64,000 nucleotides of DNA from Actinomycetota bacterium (GTDB lineage Bacteria > Actinomycetota > Actinomycetes > Nanopelagicales > Nanopelagicaceae). Location of the stretch: the NCBI GenBank assembly GCA_046052005.1, contig JBJONC010000002.1:7018-71017 (forward strand), read 5' to 3'. Under the pieces are notes generated by a model that was not told the origin of the DNA, did not search any database, and was given only the letters and a program-made list of their open reading frames with translations. Below are positions 30,768 to 42,299 of this stretch, piece by piece (positions within the stretch are counted from its first letter, which is position 1; the number at the start of each line of letters is the position of its first letter). A program made the translations under genes and the position numbers.

Positions 30768-32014
30768 CAACTGCACAACTCATTGGAGCAGATCCAGGCT
30801 GGCTCATTCTCGTAAAAGCTTTACTAGTTTTCGCGGTTTGCGTATTACTAACTTTAATGGCGGTATGGGGCGAGCGACGTCTTGTAGGTCGAATGCAACA
30901 GCGTCCAGGACCAAACCGTGTAGGTCCATTTGGTTTGATTCAAGCACTTGCAGATGGTGTGAAGTTGGCACTTAAGGAAGACATTATTCCTACAGCTGCA
31001 GACAAAGTTGTTTTTGTTTTGGCACCAATCATCAGCGCAACAACAGCCTTCATGTCTTTTGCGGTAATTCCAATTACTGGTGAAGTCACAATGTTTGGAC
31101 AAAAGACTGCGATGCAGTTAACCGATCTACCAGTAGGAGTTCTTTACATTCTGGCGGTTGCATCAGTTGGTGTTTACGGAATTGTTTTAGCGGGTTGGTC
31201 TTCAGGATCGACTTATCCATTGCTCGGTGGACTTCGCTCAAGTGCTCAAGTTATTTCATATGAAATTGCGATGGGTCTTTCTCTCGTAGCGGTATTTATC
31301 TATGCAGGGTCTATGTCCACATCAGATATCGTGGCTGCACAATCTTCTTGGTGGTACGCAGTTGTTCTCTTCCCATCATTTGCGATCTACGCGATCTCAA
31401 TGGTTGGCGAAACAAACCGTGCTCCATTTGACCTTGCTGAAGCTGAAGGTGAGCTTGTTGGTGGTTTCCACACCGAGTACTCATCACTCAAGTTCGCACT
31501 GTTTTTCCTCGCTGAATACGTCAATATTGTTGCGGTTTCAGCGCTTGCGACCACATTGTTCCTAGGCGGATACAAAGCACCTCCAGGACTTGGCTTTACA
31601 GAACAGTGGCTTGGTGGCTGGTTCACCGCGGTCTGGTTCTTTGCCAAGGTAATTACATTCTTCTTTGTATTCGTATGGCTTCGCGGAACGCTTCCACGTC
31701 TTCGTTACGACCAGTTCATGCAGTTTGGTTGGAAGGTCTTGATTCCAATTTCAATTCTTTGGATCTTGGTCGTCGCAACACTTCGTGTGATGTCACTTCA
31801 GGGCACTCCTCGATCTGTTGTGATTGCCTTTGCGAGCACGGTGGTCGTTTTGATCATGGCGGTAAATATCGGATTTGAAAATTCAAAGAAGAAAAAGGCA
31901 GCAGCTGTTGCCGATGGCGATAACAAGCAAGCGCCTTCATTTGCTGTTCCTTCATTACCTATGGAGGTTTCAACTATTAATGTCTCAAAGAGCACAGGAG
32001 GCGACCGTGGCTGA
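30764..32014 (+). CDS. nuoH: NADH-quinone oxidoreductase subunit H
   Basis: [22 protein letters not shown]. Confidence 0.97.
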   Translation: MTTAQLIGADPGWLILVKALLVFAVCVLLTLMAVWGERRLVGRMQQRPGPNRVGPFGLIQALADGVKLALKEDIIPTAADKVVFVLAPIISATTAFMSFAVIPITGEVTMFGQKTAMQLTDLPVGVLYILAVASVGVYGIVLAGWSSGSTYPLLGGLRSSAQVISYEIAMGLSLVAVFIYAGSMSTSDIVAAQSSWWYAVVLFPSFAIYAISMVGETNRAPFDLAEAEGELVGGFHTEYSSLKFALFFLAEYVNIVAVSALATTLFLGGYKAPPGLGFTEQWLGGWFTAVWFFAKVITFFFVFVWLRGTLPRLRYDQFMQFGWKVLIPISILWILVVATLRVMSLQGTPRSVVIAFASTVVVLIMAVNIGFENSKKKKAAAVADGDNKQAPSFAVPSLPMEVSTINVSKSTGGDRG

Positions 32015-32627
32015 AAACCTCGAACCGTTAAAGCCAAAAGATCTTGGAATTAACGATGTTGAATTTTACGAAGTAGAACAAACTCCATCAGTTGGCTTCT
32101 TGGGTCACATGAAGGGGTTCTGGATTACTTTTTCAACGATCTTCAAGAAGCCTTTGACCGTTGAGTATCCTGAAGTTAAGGCACCAACTGAAGAGCGCTT
32201 CCATGGTCGTCACCAACTGAACCGTCACCCTGATGGTTTAGAGAAGTGCATCGGTTGCGAACTCTGCGCATGGGCATGCCCAGCAGATGCAATTTATGTC
32301 GAAGGTGAAAGCAACACCGAAGAAAATCGTATGTCTCCAGGTGAGCGCTACGGCAAGGTGTACCAAATCAATTACCTGCGCTGCGTTTTCTGCGGTTTGT
32401 GTATTGAGGCTTGCCCTACACGTGCATTAACGATGACAAATGAGTATGAACTTGCAGATGATTCACGCGCAAAGTTGATCTTTGAAAAGCAGGATTTACT
32501 AGCTCCACTTCGTCAAGGAATGCTTATGCCCCCACATCCAATGTATCCAGATATGACTGATACCAACTATTACAACGGTGATGTGAAGGGTGCGCACCCA
32601 TCACAGGCTAAGGATGGCCAATCATGA
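32007..32627 (+). CDS. nuoI: NADH-quinone oxidoreductase subunit I
   Basis: [12 protein letters not shown] and [12 protein letters not shown]; GTG 32007 after GGAGG RBS. Confidence 0.96.
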   Translation: MAENLEPLKPKDLGINDVEFYEVEQTPSVGFLGHMKGFWITFSTIFKKPLTVEYPEVKAPTEERFHGRHQLNRHPDGLEKCIGCELCAWACPADAIYVEGESNTEENRMSPGERYGKVYQINYLRCVFCGLCIEACPTRALTMTNEYELADDSRAKLIFEKQDLLAPLRQGMLMPPHPMYPDMTDTNYYNGDVKGAHPSQAKDGQS

Positions 32628-33415
32628 TGCAACTAGCGCTAGAGGTTGGGCAGACCGCAAAGCCTGAGGCAGTGATGTTTTGGATCCTTGGTCCAATGGC
32701 TGTCGTTGCCGCACTTGGAATGTTGCTCGTTAAGAAAGCTGTTCACTCAGCGATTTTGATGGCTTTCGTAATGGTTGTCTTGGCAATCTTCTACATCGCT
32801 CAAGATGCGGTGTTCTTAGGAATTGTTCAGGTAGTTGTTTACACCGGAGCAGTAATGATGCTCTTCCTCTTTATTTTGATGTTGGTTGGTGTTGACTCAT
32901 CTGATTCATTAACTGAAACCATTTCTGGTCTCCGACCAGTTGCGATTACCGCAGCGGTTGGCTTTGGCGGATTAATGGTTTCACTTCTTGGTCGCGCAAC
33001 ATTAGGCCGCGATGCGATTGGTTTATCTGCAGCAAATGCCGATGGAAATGTTCAAGGCATTGCCAAGGCTTTGTTCTCTACATATGTATTCCCATTTGAA
33101 GTTGTTTCAGCGCTATTGATTACAGCGGCCATGGGTGCGATGGTGCTTGCTCACCATCAGCGCACAACGGTTCGCCCAACACAGCGTCAACTTTCCATTA
33201 ACCGTTTCCGCGGTGAATCTTTGGGTAGCGCTGCAGGACTTCCAGGTCCAGGTGTTTACGCCCGTCACAACGCGGTAGATGTTCCAGCGCTTCTTCCAGA
33301 TGGAACTCCTGCTCCAACCTCTGTTAACGCAAGCCTTGAAGCACGCGGAGATATGCTGGATTACAAGAGCTTCGACTTGTCTGAAGTAAATACTCAGATT
33401 GAGGAGGAGAAGTAA
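32624..33415 (+). CDS. nuoJ: NADH-quinone oxidoreductase subunit J
   Basis: [15 protein letters not shown]; operon position. Confidence 0.95.
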   Translation: MMQLALEVGQTAKPEAVMFWILGPMAVVAALGMLLVKKAVHSAILMAFVMVVLAIFYIAQDAVFLGIVQVVVYTGAVMMLFLFILMLVGVDSSDSLTETISGLRPVAITAAVGFGGLMVSLLGRATLGRDAIGLSAANADGNVQGIAKALFSTYVFPFEVVSALLITAAMGAMVLAHHQRTTVRPTQRQLSINRFRGESLGSAAGLPGPGVYARHNAVDVPALLPDGTPAPTSVNASLEARGDMLDYKSFDLSEVNTQIEEEK

Positions 33416-33714
33416 TGGACGCAGCTAATTACCTCTATATTTCAGCGATCCTCTTCACTATTGGAGCTGTCGGCGTAGTTGTTCGCCGCAATGCGATCGT
33501 AGTTTTCATGTGCATTGAGCTCATGCTCAACGCAGCAAACCTTTCATTTGTTACTTTTTCTCGTATCAACGGTGATCTTGATGGCCAAGTTATGGCCTTC
33601 TTCACGATGGTTGTTGCTGCTTGTGAAGTAGTAGTTGGTCTGGCAATTATCGTGACGATTTATCGATCACGCCGTTCAGCATCTGTTGATGATGCTAGTT
33701 TGTTGAAGCGATAA
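33415..33714 (+). CDS. nuoK: NADH-quinone oxidoreductase subunit K
   Basis: [22 protein letters not shown]. Confidence 0.96.
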   Translation: MDAANYLYISAILFTIGAVGVVVRRNAIVVFMCIELMLNAANLSFVTFSRINGDLDGQVMAFFTMVVAACEVVVGLAIIVTIYRSRRSASVDDASLLKR

Positions 33715-33716
33715 CC

Positions 33717-35609
33717 ATGACTACTTCAACCTCACTTGTTTACTTAATCGCACTGCCATTGGCCGGTGCTGCAATTCTTCTTTTAGCTGGACGTCGTGCT
33801 GACAAGTGGGGACACTTACTTGGAACCGCAATGTCTGCATCTTCATTTGGCGTAGGTCTGTACCAACTTATGTTGATGCTTGATCGCCCAACTGAACAGC
33901 GTCCCGTCGGACAGAAACTATTTGAGTGGATCAATGTTGGAGATTTCAAGGTTGATGCAGGTTTGCTACTTGATCAGCTTTCAATCTGTTTCGTTCTCCT
34001 GATTACAGGTGTCGGAACACTGATTCATGTTTATTCGATCTCATACATGTCACACGACAAAGATCGTCGACGTTTCTTTGCTTACCTGAACCTTTTCATC
34101 GCAGCAATGCTTTTGTTGGTACTAGGTGATAGCTACCTCAACCTCTACGTAGGTTGGGAAGGTGTAGGTCTTGCTTCATACCTACTCATCGGCTTCTGGA
34201 ATCAAAAGCCTGCTTATGCAACGGCTTCCAAGAAAGCATTCGTAATGAACCGTGTGGGCGATATGGGATTGTCATTTGCAATCATGATCGCTTTTGCAAC
34301 TATGGGCACTGTTTCATTTGCAGGTGTTCAAGAGCAGTCACATCACGCATCTGAAGCTGCACTAACGGGTATGGGAATCATGCTTCTAGTTGCTGCAGCG
34401 GGTAAGTCAGCTCAGTTCCCATTACAGGCGTGGTTGGGCGATGCAATGGCGGGACCAACCCCAGTTTCTGCCCTTATCCACGCGGCAACGATGGTTACTG
34501 CTGGTGTTTACTTAATTACTCGCTCTAACTTTGTTTTTGACGCAGCCCCTACCGCGCAGCTATTGGTTGTTATTGTCGGTGCAATTACTTTGATGTTTGG
34601 TGCATTAATCGGTACCGCTAAAGATGACATCAAGAAGGCATTGGCTGCTTCAACTATGTCGCAAATTGGATATATGACATTAGCTGCAGGACTAGGTCCA
34701 GTTGGTTATGCCTTTGCAATCATGCATCTACTAACACACGGTTTCTTCAAGGCCGGAATGTTCTTGGGTGCAGGTTCGGTGATGCACGGAATGAACGATG
34801 AAGTGAATATGCGCAAGTACGGCGCACTTCGTAAGTTCATGCCAATTACATTTGTCACCTTCGGGTTGGGTTACTTAGCAATTCTCGGAGTTCCTCCATT
34901 TGCTGGTTTCTATTCCAAGGATTTGATTATCGAAACTGCATTTGATGCCGGCGGAGCCAAGGGAATCATTCTTGGAGTAACAACTCTGATCGGTGCATCA
35001 ATTACCGCCTTCTACATGACCCGTGTAATGATCCTGACATTTACAGGAACAAAGCGTTGGGATGATGATGCACATCCACACGAGTCCCCATGGTTGATGT
35101 GGCTACCGATGGCGATTCTTGCAATTGGATCTGTTTCATCTGGTTACCTACTTTCACGTGGCGATGCTTTAGAAAATTGGTTACACCCGCTCTTTAGCCA
35201 CAGCGAGGAGTACCAAAAGCATTTACTTGAACCAATCGTTGTTTCCGCAATGGCGCTAACGATGGTTGCAATCGGTGTTGCGATCGCATTCTTTAAGTAT
35301 GCCCGCCAAGAAGTTTCTTCAGTGGCACCAGAGAATGTTTCAATCTTTACCAAGATTGCTCGTCAAGACTTGATGCAGGATCGCTTTAATGAGGCGGTTT
35401 TCATGCGTCCAGGTCAAGCACTTACAACAACCTTGGTTGCAGCAGATGAAGCTGTCGTTGATGGCGCAGTTCGTGGTGTTGGACAGGTAGCAATGGGCTC
35501 GGGTTCAGCGCTTCGAGGTCTACAAAGTGGCTATGTTCGTAGCTATGCAGCAATGATTTTGGTGGGCGCAATTGCGCTTATCGGAGCTATTTGGGTGGTG
35601 GTTCAGTAA
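33717..35609 (+). CDS. nuoL: NADH-quinone oxidoreductase subunit L
   Basis: [26 protein letters not shown]. Confidence 0.97.
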   Translation: MTTSTSLVYLIALPLAGAAILLLAGRRADKWGHLLGTAMSASSFGVGLYQLMLMLDRPTEQRPVGQKLFEWINVGDFKVDAGLLLDQLSICFVLLITGVGTLIHVYSISYMSHDKDRRRFFAYLNLFIAAMLLLVLGDSYLNLYVGWEGVGLASYLLIGFWNQKPAYATASKKAFVMNRVGDMGLSFAIMIAFATMGTVSFAGVQEQSHHASEAALTGMGIMLLVAAAGKSAQFPLQAWLGDAMAGPTPVSALIHAATMVTAGVYLITRSNFVFDAAPTAQLLVVIVGAITLMFGALIGTAKDDIKKALAASTMSQIGYMTLAAGLGPVGYAFAIMHLLTHGFFKAGMFLGAGSVMHGMNDEVNMRKYGALRKFMPITFVTFGLGYLAILGVPPFAGFYSKDLIIETAFDAGGAKGIILGVTTLIGASITAFYMTRVMILTFTGTKRWDDDAHPHESPWLMWLPMAILAIGSVSSGYLLSRGDALENWLHPLFSHSEEYQKHLLEPIVVSAMALTMVAIGVAIAFFKYARQEVSSVAPENVSIFTKIARQDLMQDRFNEAVFMRPGQALTTTLVAADEAVVDGAVRGVGQVAMGSGSALRGLQSGYVRSYAAMILVGAIALIGAIWVVVQ

Positions 35610-37117
35610 TGAAGTGGTTATCACTATTAATGCTTCTGCCTCTGGCAGGTGCGGCAATCATCTCTGCGCTCCCAAAGAGCAATGAAAAGGCGGCTAAGCA
35701 AGCTGCGTTAGCAACAACTCTGGTTGTAATGGCAGCAGCCATCGCTATGGCGGTTGGCTTTGAGCGCGATAACGTCAATCTGCAGTTTGTTGAAAGCTAC
35801 GCATGGATTCCAAGCTTTGGAATTAACTTCGCGCTGGGCGTTGATGCAATTGCCTTGGTATTGATTTTGATGTCAACGATCCTTGCGCCAATCGTTGTGC
35901 TTGCAGGTTGGAATGAAGCACATGGTGGACGTTGGAGCGTTAAGACTTTCTACGTCTTAATCCTTGTTCTAGAAACAATGATGATCGGTGTCTTTGCAGC
36001 AACTGATGTCTTCTTGTTCTACGTGATCTTCGAAGCGATGTTGATCCCTGTGTACTTCCTTATTGGTGGCTATGGCACAGGAGAGCGTTCAGCGGCAGCG
36101 GTTAAGTTCTTGCTGTACTCATTATTTGGTGGATTGTTGATGCTTGCCTCAATCATCGCGCTTTACGTGATGTCAGGCGATCAGGGCGGTCACACCTTTG
36201 ACCTACAAAAGCTTTCACAACTACAAATGAGTTCAACAACTCAAAACTTGTTGTTCCTTGGTTTCTTCATCGCTTTTGCAATCAAGGCTCCTGTCTGGCC
36301 ATTCCATACCTGGTTGCCAGATGCAGCAAGCTCTGCAACTCCTGGCACCTCTGTTTTGTTGCTTGGTGTTCTCGACAAGGTTGGTACCTTCGGAATGATC
36401 CGTTACTGCCTCACCTTGTTCCCAGATGCAAGTAAGACATTTACGCCGTTGATCATGATTCTCGCGGTCATCTCAATTATTTACGGTGCATTCCTTGCAA
36501 TCGGTGCAAAGGACATCAAGCGCTTGATCGCTTACACATCGATCTCTCACTTCGGTTTCATCACTATGGGAATCTTTGCGATGACAAGCCAGGCTCAAAG
36601 CGGAGCAACGCTGTACATGTTTAACCACGGTTTCTCTACAGCGGCGCTATTCCTAGTAGCTGGCTGGATGATTTCACGTCGTGGATCTTCAACCATTGCT
36701 GATTTTGGCGGTCTGCAACGAGTAACCCCAGTCATGGCGTGGAGCTTCTTTATCGCCGGAATGTCATCTTTGGCACTTCCAGGACTTTCTAGCTTTGTTA
36801 GTGAGTTCCTTGTTCTCGTTGGAACTTTCACTCGTTACCCAGTGCATGCGATCATCGCAACCTTCGGAATCGTGTTGGCGGCTTTGTACATCTTGATTCC
36901 AGTTCAGAAGGCGCTGCATGGTCCAACAACTGAAGGTAATGAGAACCTCAAGGATCTAAATCTTCGCGAGAAGGTAGCGATTGCTCCAGTTGTCGCAATC
37001 ATCGTCGTACTGGGCTTCTACCCATCACCACTACTTAATGTAATTAACCCAGCGGCTAAGCATGTGATTTCGCAAATGGGATTCACTGATCCTGTACCAA
37101 GTATTGGGGACAAGTAA
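35609..37117 (+). CDS. nuoM: NADH-quinone oxidoreductase subunit M
   Basis: KAPVWPFHTWLPDA, KRLIAYTSISH; ATG overlaps the nuoL stop. Confidence 0.96.
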   Translation: MKWLSLLMLLPLAGAAIISALPKSNEKAAKQAALATTLVVMAAAIAMAVGFERDNVNLQFVESYAWIPSFGINFALGVDAIALVLILMSTILAPIVVLAGWNEAHGGRWSVKTFYVLILVLETMMIGVFAATDVFLFYVIFEAMLIPVYFLIGGYGTGERSAAAVKFLLYSLFGGLLMLASIIALYVMSGDQGGHTFDLQKLSQLQMSSTTQNLLFLGFFIAFAIKAPVWPFHTWLPDAASSATPGTSVLLLGVLDKVGTFGMIRYCLTLFPDASKTFTPLIMILAVISIIYGAFLAIGAKDIKRLIAYTSISHFGFITMGIFAMTSQAQSGATLYMFNHGFSTAALFLVAGWMISRRGSSTIADFGGLQRVTPVMAWSFFIAGMSSLALPGLSSFVSEFLVLVGTFTRYPVHAIIATFGIVLAALYILIPVQKALHGPTTEGNENLKDLNLREKVAIAPVVAIIVVLGFYPSPLLNVINPAAKHVISQMGFTDPVPSIGDK

Positions 37118-38634
37118 TGACTTTTACAGCGCCAGTTCTTTCCTACACACTGCTCTCACCAATCCTGATTTTGCTTGGTGGTGCACTCATTGGTGTTCTT
37201 GTCGAAGCATTTGCATCCAAGGCGCTTCGCCCAGTTATTCAACTAACGCTCTCACTTGGAACATTAATGCTTGCATTAATTCAAGTATGGCGAATTCGTG
37301 GAGAAGAATCCCTAACTCCTGCGATGGGCTCATTGGTAATTGATGGTCCAGCGGTATTGCTTCAGGGATCAATTCTTATCATTGCGATTATTTCCATCTT
37401 CTTAATTGCAGATACCGAACATTTCACTCCACTTGCAGCTGCACTTCCAGGTTCTGATGAAGAGCGTGAGGCGGCACAGGCAGGAAACCAAGTAACTGAG
37501 GTTTACCCACTTACCTTGTTCGCGGTTTCAGGAATGATGATCTTCCCAATCGCCAGTGATTTGATCATGCTTTTTGTAGCGCTCGAGATGTTGTCATTGC
37601 CGTTGTACTTGATGGCAGGACTTTCACGTCGTCGTCGCTTGGCATCGCAGGAGTCAGCACTTAAATACTTCTTGCTGGGCTCATTTGCATCAGCATTTTT
37701 CCTCTTCGGATCAGCGTATTTATATGGTTTTGCAGGCTCAATTAGCTTCGCAGGCATCCGTGAAGCGGTAGTCGGCGGAAGCGGAAATGATGTTCTGCTC
37801 TTGATCGGTATGGCCTTTCTTTCTATTGGATTGCTATTCAAGGTCGGCGCAGTTCCATTCCACTCATGGTCTCCAGATGTGTACCAAGGTGCTCCAACAC
37901 CAATCACAGCCTTTATGGCAGCGGCAACTAAGGTTGCAGCCTTCGGAGCAATGCTTCGAATCTTCTACACAGTTTTTGCCAATGCAGAATGGTCTTGGAC
38001 TCCAGTTATCTCTGCAATCGCAATCATCAGCATGTTGCTTGGATCTCTAGTTGCGATCTCACAACGCGATGTAAAGCGCATGTTGGCGTACTCATCAATT
38101 GCACACGCAGGTTTCCTGCTTTCAGGAATCATTGCACTCAACAAGGCTGGCCTTGATGCAACCATCTTCTATTTGTTTGCATACGGTGTAGCAACTGTTG
38201 GTGGATTTGCTGTAGTGACATTGGTTCGCGATTCATCTGGTGAAGTTACAGATCTCAATCGTTGGAAGGGCCTTGGCAAGCGTTCTCCATTTGCAGCATC
38301 TGCTTTTGCACTCTTCTTGCTTGCATTTGCTGGAATCCCGCTCACAAGCGGATTCATTGGAAAGTTTTCAATCTTTTCAGCAGCGTATGAAAATGGAGCA
38401 ACCGCGGTTGTTATCACCGGTGTGCTTTCAAGTGCGATTGCGGCTTTCTTCTACATTCGCGTAATTGTGTTGATGTTCTTCACAGATGCGGTTGAAGATG
38501 GAACAGCGGTTGAAATTCCTTCAATTTTGACTCGCGCGACTGTTGTAATCGCAGCTGTAATCACTTTGGTTTTGGGTATTTACCCAGCTCCAGTTCTTGA
38601 TTTCATCACCGACTTAGCTATCTTCATTCGCTAA
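37117..38634 (+). CDS. nuoN: NADH-quinone oxidoreductase subunit N
   Basis: ESALKYFLLG, FKVGAVPFHSWSPDVYQGAP. Confidence 0.96.
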   Translation: MTFTAPVLSYTLLSPILILLGGALIGVLVEAFASKALRPVIQLTLSLGTLMLALIQVWRIRGEESLTPAMGSLVIDGPAVLLQGSILIIAIISIFLIADTEHFTPLAAALPGSDEEREAAQAGNQVTEVYPLTLFAVSGMMIFPIASDLIMLFVALEMLSLPLYLMAGLSRRRRLASQESALKYFLLGSFASAFFLFGSAYLYGFAGSISFAGIREAVVGGSGNDVLLLIGMAFLSIGLLFKVGAVPFHSWSPDVYQGAPTPITAFMAAATKVAAFGAMLRIFYTVFANAEWSWTPVISAIAIISMLLGSLVAISQRDVKRMLAYSSIAHAGFLLSGIIALNKAGLDATIFYLFAYGVATVGGFAVVTLVRDSSGEVTDLNRWKGLGKRSPFAASAFALFLLAFAGIPLTSGFIGKFSIFSAAYENGATAVVITGVLSSAIAAFFYIRVIVLMFFTDAVEDGTAVEIPSILTRATVVIAAVITLVLGIYPAPVLDFITDLAIFIR

Positions 38635-39623
38635 TGTCCACATTTGGCATTCCCAATGTTGCGCCAGCTTTAGAGACGCAACTAATTAGCCAAATGGCGC
38701 AGGTTGAATCCCTGTTGCGTAGCCACACACGAAGCGAGTACCCCTTTGTCGATGAGACCGCTCACCACCTGGTTGCCGCTGGCGGCAAGCGTTTACGCCC
38801 CTTATTGACCCTTTTAACCGCTCAATACGGGGATCCAACAGGTCAGGGAGTCATCGCTGCCGCGGTTGCTTGCGAGATTACCCACCTAGCAACTCTGTAT
38901 CACGATGATGTTATGGATGAAGCTCCACTTCGTCGCGGAGTTGAAAGCGCCAACATGCGCTGGGGAAACACAATCGCGATTCTGACTGGAGACTTTCTCT
39001 TCGCGAAATCATCTGACCTCCTTGCCGATCTAGGTCCTGAAGCGGTTCGACTACAAGCACGTACATTTGAACGTTTAGTTATCGGACAGATCATGGAAAC
39101 TCAGGGACCATCTGAAGGACAAGATCCGTTAGAGCATTACCTAAAGGTTGTTGCGGACAAGACCGGTTCATTGATCGCGGCATCCGCACGTTATGGTGGA
39201 ATGATTTCAGGTGCACCTGCTGCAATCACCGACACAGTTACTGTATTTGGCGAAAAGATCGGTGTTGCTTTCCAACTTGCTGATGATGTTATTGATATCG
39301 CCAGCGAATCAAATCAATCTGGAAAGACTCCAGGAACCGATTTGCGTGAAGGTGTTCCAACTCTAGTAACTTTGAATGTCATGAAATCTAATGATCCTGC
39401 CGATGCAGATCTGAAGAGATTACTCAGCGCACCAATTGAAGATGAAACAACTGTGCAGCAGGTTTTGGTTGCTTTACGCAATCACAAAGCTCTAGATGAA
39501 TCTCGTGAACAGTTATTGATGACTGCAAAAGAAGCTCGTAGCGCACTAGGGCCGCTACCAATCAATGACGCAACTGGAGCACTCATGTCTCTATGCGATG
39601 CTGTTATTGACCGTTCTGCCTGA
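38634..39623 (+). CDS. Polyprenyl diphosphate synthase (menaquinone side chain; HepT/GrcC-like)
   Basis: GGKRLRP, HDDVMD, FQLADD. Confidence 0.93.
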   Translation: MSTFGIPNVAPALETQLISQMAQVESLLRSHTRSEYPFVDETAHHLVAAGGKRLRPLLTLLTAQYGDPTGQGVIAAAVACEITHLATLYHDDVMDEAPLRRGVESANMRWGNTIAILTGDFLFAKSSDLLADLGPEAVRLQARTFERLVIGQIMETQGPSEGQDPLEHYLKVVADKTGSLIAASARYGGMISGAPAAITDTVTVFGEKIGVAFQLADDVIDIASESNQSGKTPGTDLREGVPTLVTLNVMKSNDPADADLKRLLSAPIEDETTVQQVLVALRNHKALDESREQLLMTAKEARSALGPLPINDATGALMSLCDAVIDRSA

Positions 39624-40481
39624 TCTCACCAAATCAATTGCAAGGGTTGTTAGCGAAACCCAAATAATCAAGAAACCAATCCAACGCGCAGTTGGCATAT
39701 CTTCATGACGAATCCAAACTCCGACTGAAAACTGCAAAGTCGGAGTTATGTACTGCAATAAACCGATCGTCGTGAAAGGTAAGCGAGTTGTTGAACCGTT
39801 GAATAACAGCAACGGGATAGCGGTTATTGCACCAGCGCTCATAAGCAACAGAGTTAAGCCCCAATGCTGTCCAAATTGCCCAGTGCCCTGATTTCCTAGA
39901 TAAATCAGGTATCCAAGGTAGAAAAAGGCTGAAATTGAGGTTTCGATTGCAAGGCCTTCAAGAGCACCAAGTCCCAGCTGCTTCTTAATCAATCCATAGC
40001 TTCCCCAGGAAATCGCCAAAGTTAGAGCGATCCAAGGCAAGCGACCGTAATCAATAGTTAGAACCAAAACACCAATTGTTGCAATCGTTACCGCCGCCCA
40101 TTGCAGTGGTCGCATCTTTTCTTTAAGAAGGATTACACCAAAGCCGATCATGATTAATGGATTGATGTAATAACCCAAGGAGGCTTCAACAACATGGCCA
40201 TTATTTGTAGCCCAGATGTAGACAAGCCAGTTAATTGAAATCAAAATAGAAGTTAAGAACAACTTTGCGGCGACCATTGGTCTCTTTAAAGTTACCAAGG
40301 TTGCCTTTAACGCCTTTGTCGCAGCAAGGACGATTACACAAAAAACCAATGTCCATACAGCACGATGCGAAACAATCTCTAGGGGATTAGCTGGTTCAAG
40401 CAAAGGCCAGTACAAAGGAAATGCACCCCATAAAGAGTATGCACTGATGCCAAATAAAAGGCCAAGCTTGTTCTTACTCAA
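39591..40481 (-). CDS. rarD: EamA family transporter RarD
   Basis: EASLGYYINPL, GLLQYITPT. Confidence 0.92.
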   Translation of the reverse strand: MSKNKLGLLFGISAYSLWGAFPLYWPLLEPANPLEIVSHRAVWTLVFCVIVLAATKALKATLVTLKRPMVAAKLFLTSILISINWLVYIWATNNGHVVEASLGYYINPLIMIGFGVILLKEKMRPLQWAAVTIATIGVLVLTIDYGRLPWIALTLAISWGSYGLIKKQLGLGALEGLAIETSISAFFYLGYLIYLGNQGTGQFGQHWGLTLLLMSAGAITAIPLLLFNGSTTRLPFTTIGLLQYITPTLQFSVGVWIRHEDMPTARWIGFLIIWVSLTTLAIDLVRSGRTVNNSIA

Positions 40482-40973
40482 TTATCTAAAGTTCGTAAAT
40501 TGAACTGCAAAGTCCCAGCCACCATCTTTGATCATGGCCATTGTTTCCTGCAGATCATCGCGACTCTTTGAAGTCACACGAAGCTCATCGCCTTGAATCT
40601 GTGTCTTTACAGACTTTGGACCCTCATCACGAATCTTCTTTGCGATCTTCTTTGCATTTTCTGTTGAGATGCCTTCCTTCAAAGGTGCGGCAATCTTGTA
40701 AATCTTTCCTGACAGTTGTGGATCTCCTGCATCAAGGTGCTTCAAAGAAACTCCGCGCTTGATCATCTTGTCCTTCACAACATCTAAAGCCGCTTTTGCG
40801 CGCTCTTCTGTATCTGCTTCAATCAAAACCTTGTCGCCCTCAAGTTCAATCTTTGAACCTGTGTTTTTGAAATCAAAGCGGGTCTCAATCTCACGGACCG
40901 CCTGATTAATGGCGTTATCGAGCTCCATACGGTCGATCTTGGAGGTTACGTCGAAACTGCTATCTGCTGCCAT
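40482..40973 (-). CDS. yajQ: YajQ family nucleotide (c-di-GMP)-binding protein
   Basis: [29 protein letters not shown]; ATG 40973 after GAAGGAG RBS. Confidence 0.95.
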   Translation of the reverse strand: MAADSSFDVTSKIDRMELDNAINQAVREIETRFDFKNTGSKIELEGDKVLIEADTEERAKAALDVVKDKMIKRGVSLKHLDAGDPQLSGKIYKIAAPLKEGISTENAKKIAKKIRDEGPKSVKTQIQGDELRVTSKSRDDLQETMAMIKDGGWDFAVQFTNFR

Positions 40974-41077
40974 GGTGAGGGCTCCTTCACTCTTAAAACG
41001 CATTTTGTGCGTGTACCTGCCTAAGGTATCCTTTCCCCTCGCACTATCCATAATTGCCGCACTACTTGTTCGACCTT

Positions 41078-41162
41078 GGCGGGTTGCCCGAGCGGCCAAT
41101 GGGAGGGGACTGTAAATCCCCCGGCTCTGCCTTCGAAGGTTCAAATCCTTCACCCGCCACCA
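41078..41162 (+). tRNA. tRNA-Tyr(GTA)
   Basis: Acceptor stem GGCGGGT/ACCCGCC with encoded ACCA; anticodon arm GGGGA-CTGTAAA-TCCCC; T arm GAAGG-TTCAAAT-CCTTC; long variable arm. Confidence 0.97.
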
Positions 41163-41239
41163 CAGCTTTTCTACACCCATCTCTTTTGCATCTTGTTTGC
41201 AAGTCGACAACTCACACACCCATCAATAACATTTGCAGT

Positions 41240-41352
41240 GGTCACGAGTTCCAGCATCAAGCCCCGGCTAACTGGACGGCAACCCTCCACCGCGGCGGGG
41301 TGCTCCGGGTGAAGACCAGGCCGATAGCCAACATCATCGGCAAGCGTGGGTC
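41240..41352 (+). ncRNA. SAM-IV riboswitch
   Basis: GGTCACGAGTTCCAGCATCAAGCCCCGGC...CTGGACGGCAACCCTCCACCGCGGCGGGGTGCTCCGGGTGAAGACCAGG...GGCAAGCGTGGGTC closely follows the remembered actinobacterial SAM-IV aptamer; lies in the 5' UTR of an amino-acid ABC operon. Confidence 0.9.
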
Positions 41353-41417
41353 TAACTAGCTGTACTGATCAAGTTAGTTTGGTTAGTGATGATCCCCTGA
41401 CACTTTAGGAGATTACG

Positions 41418-42263
41418 TTGAAAAAGCGTTTCGGTATTTTTTCAGCTGTTGTAATTGCAGCAGCTCTAACACTTTCAGGATGTTCATCATCAGATTCATC
41501 AACATCTGAAGCGGCATCATGTGCAAAGGCAGATCTTGCAACTGTTACTGAGGGCAAGCTAACGATTGCAACAGGCGAGCCTGCTTACTACCCATGGATC
41601 ATCGATGATGCACCAGAGACCGGAAATGGTTTTGAAGGTGCGGTTGCATACGCAGTTGCAAAGCAACTTGGTTTCGATGCAGCAGATGTCACATGGGTTC
41701 GTACAACATTTGATTCAGCAGTAACACCAGGTGAGAAGAACTTTGACTTCAACTTGCAGCAGTTCTCAATTACAGAAGAGCGCAAAGCAGCGGTTGATTT
41801 CTCATCTCCTTACTACACAGCTCCACAAGCAATCGTTTCATTCAAGGGAAGCAAGATCGATGGAAAGACATCAATTGCAGACCTAAAGGGTGCAAAGCTT
41901 GGCGCAGCTGTTGGTACAACATCACTTGATGCGATTGAAAACCAGATCGGTGTTACACCACAGGTATTCAATGACAACGCGGCAGGTGTATCTGCACTAA
42001 AGAACAAGCAGATTGATGGCCTAGTAGTAGATCTACCAACTGCTTTCTACCTATCAGGAGTTGAAGTTCCTAACGGCCTCATCGTTGGACAGCTTCCATC
42101 AACTGGTTCAGGTGATCAGTTCGGTCTCTTGCTAACCAAGGGCAGCAAGCTGACTTCATGTGTTTCTGGCGCGGTTGATGCAATCACTGCAGATGGAACA
42201 TTGGCAGCAATTACAGACAAGTGGCTAGCAACTGATGCTGGCGCACCAGTATTGAAGCCGTAA
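41418..42263 (+). CDS. Polar amino acid ABC transporter substrate-binding lipoprotein (family 3)
   Basis: Lipobox LSGC; GFEGAVA, FSITEERKAAVDFSSPYY; TTG start after AGGAGA. Confidence 0.9.
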   Translation: MKKRFGIFSAVVIAAALTLSGCSSSDSSTSEAASCAKADLATVTEGKLTIATGEPAYYPWIIDDAPETGNGFEGAVAYAVAKQLGFDAADVTWVRTTFDSAVTPGEKNFDFNLQQFSITEERKAAVDFSSPYYTAPQAIVSFKGSKIDGKTSIADLKGAKLGAAVGTTSLDAIENQIGVTPQVFNDNAAGVSALKNKQIDGLVVDLPTAFYLSGVEVPNGLIVGQLPSTGSGDQFGLLLTKGSKLTSCVSGAVDAITADGTLAAITDKWLATDAGAPVLKP

Positions 42264-42299
42264 TAGAGAATAAGAAGTAGAAGCGGTAGTTTGGCGACC

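Noticed and set aside
40974-41219. 82-aa N-terminal extension of yajQ in the ORF track, and plus-strand ORFs 41054-41359 and 41076-41312
   Set aside because: They run across tRNA-Tyr and the SAM-IV riboswitch; YajQ homology and an RBS begin at ATG 40973
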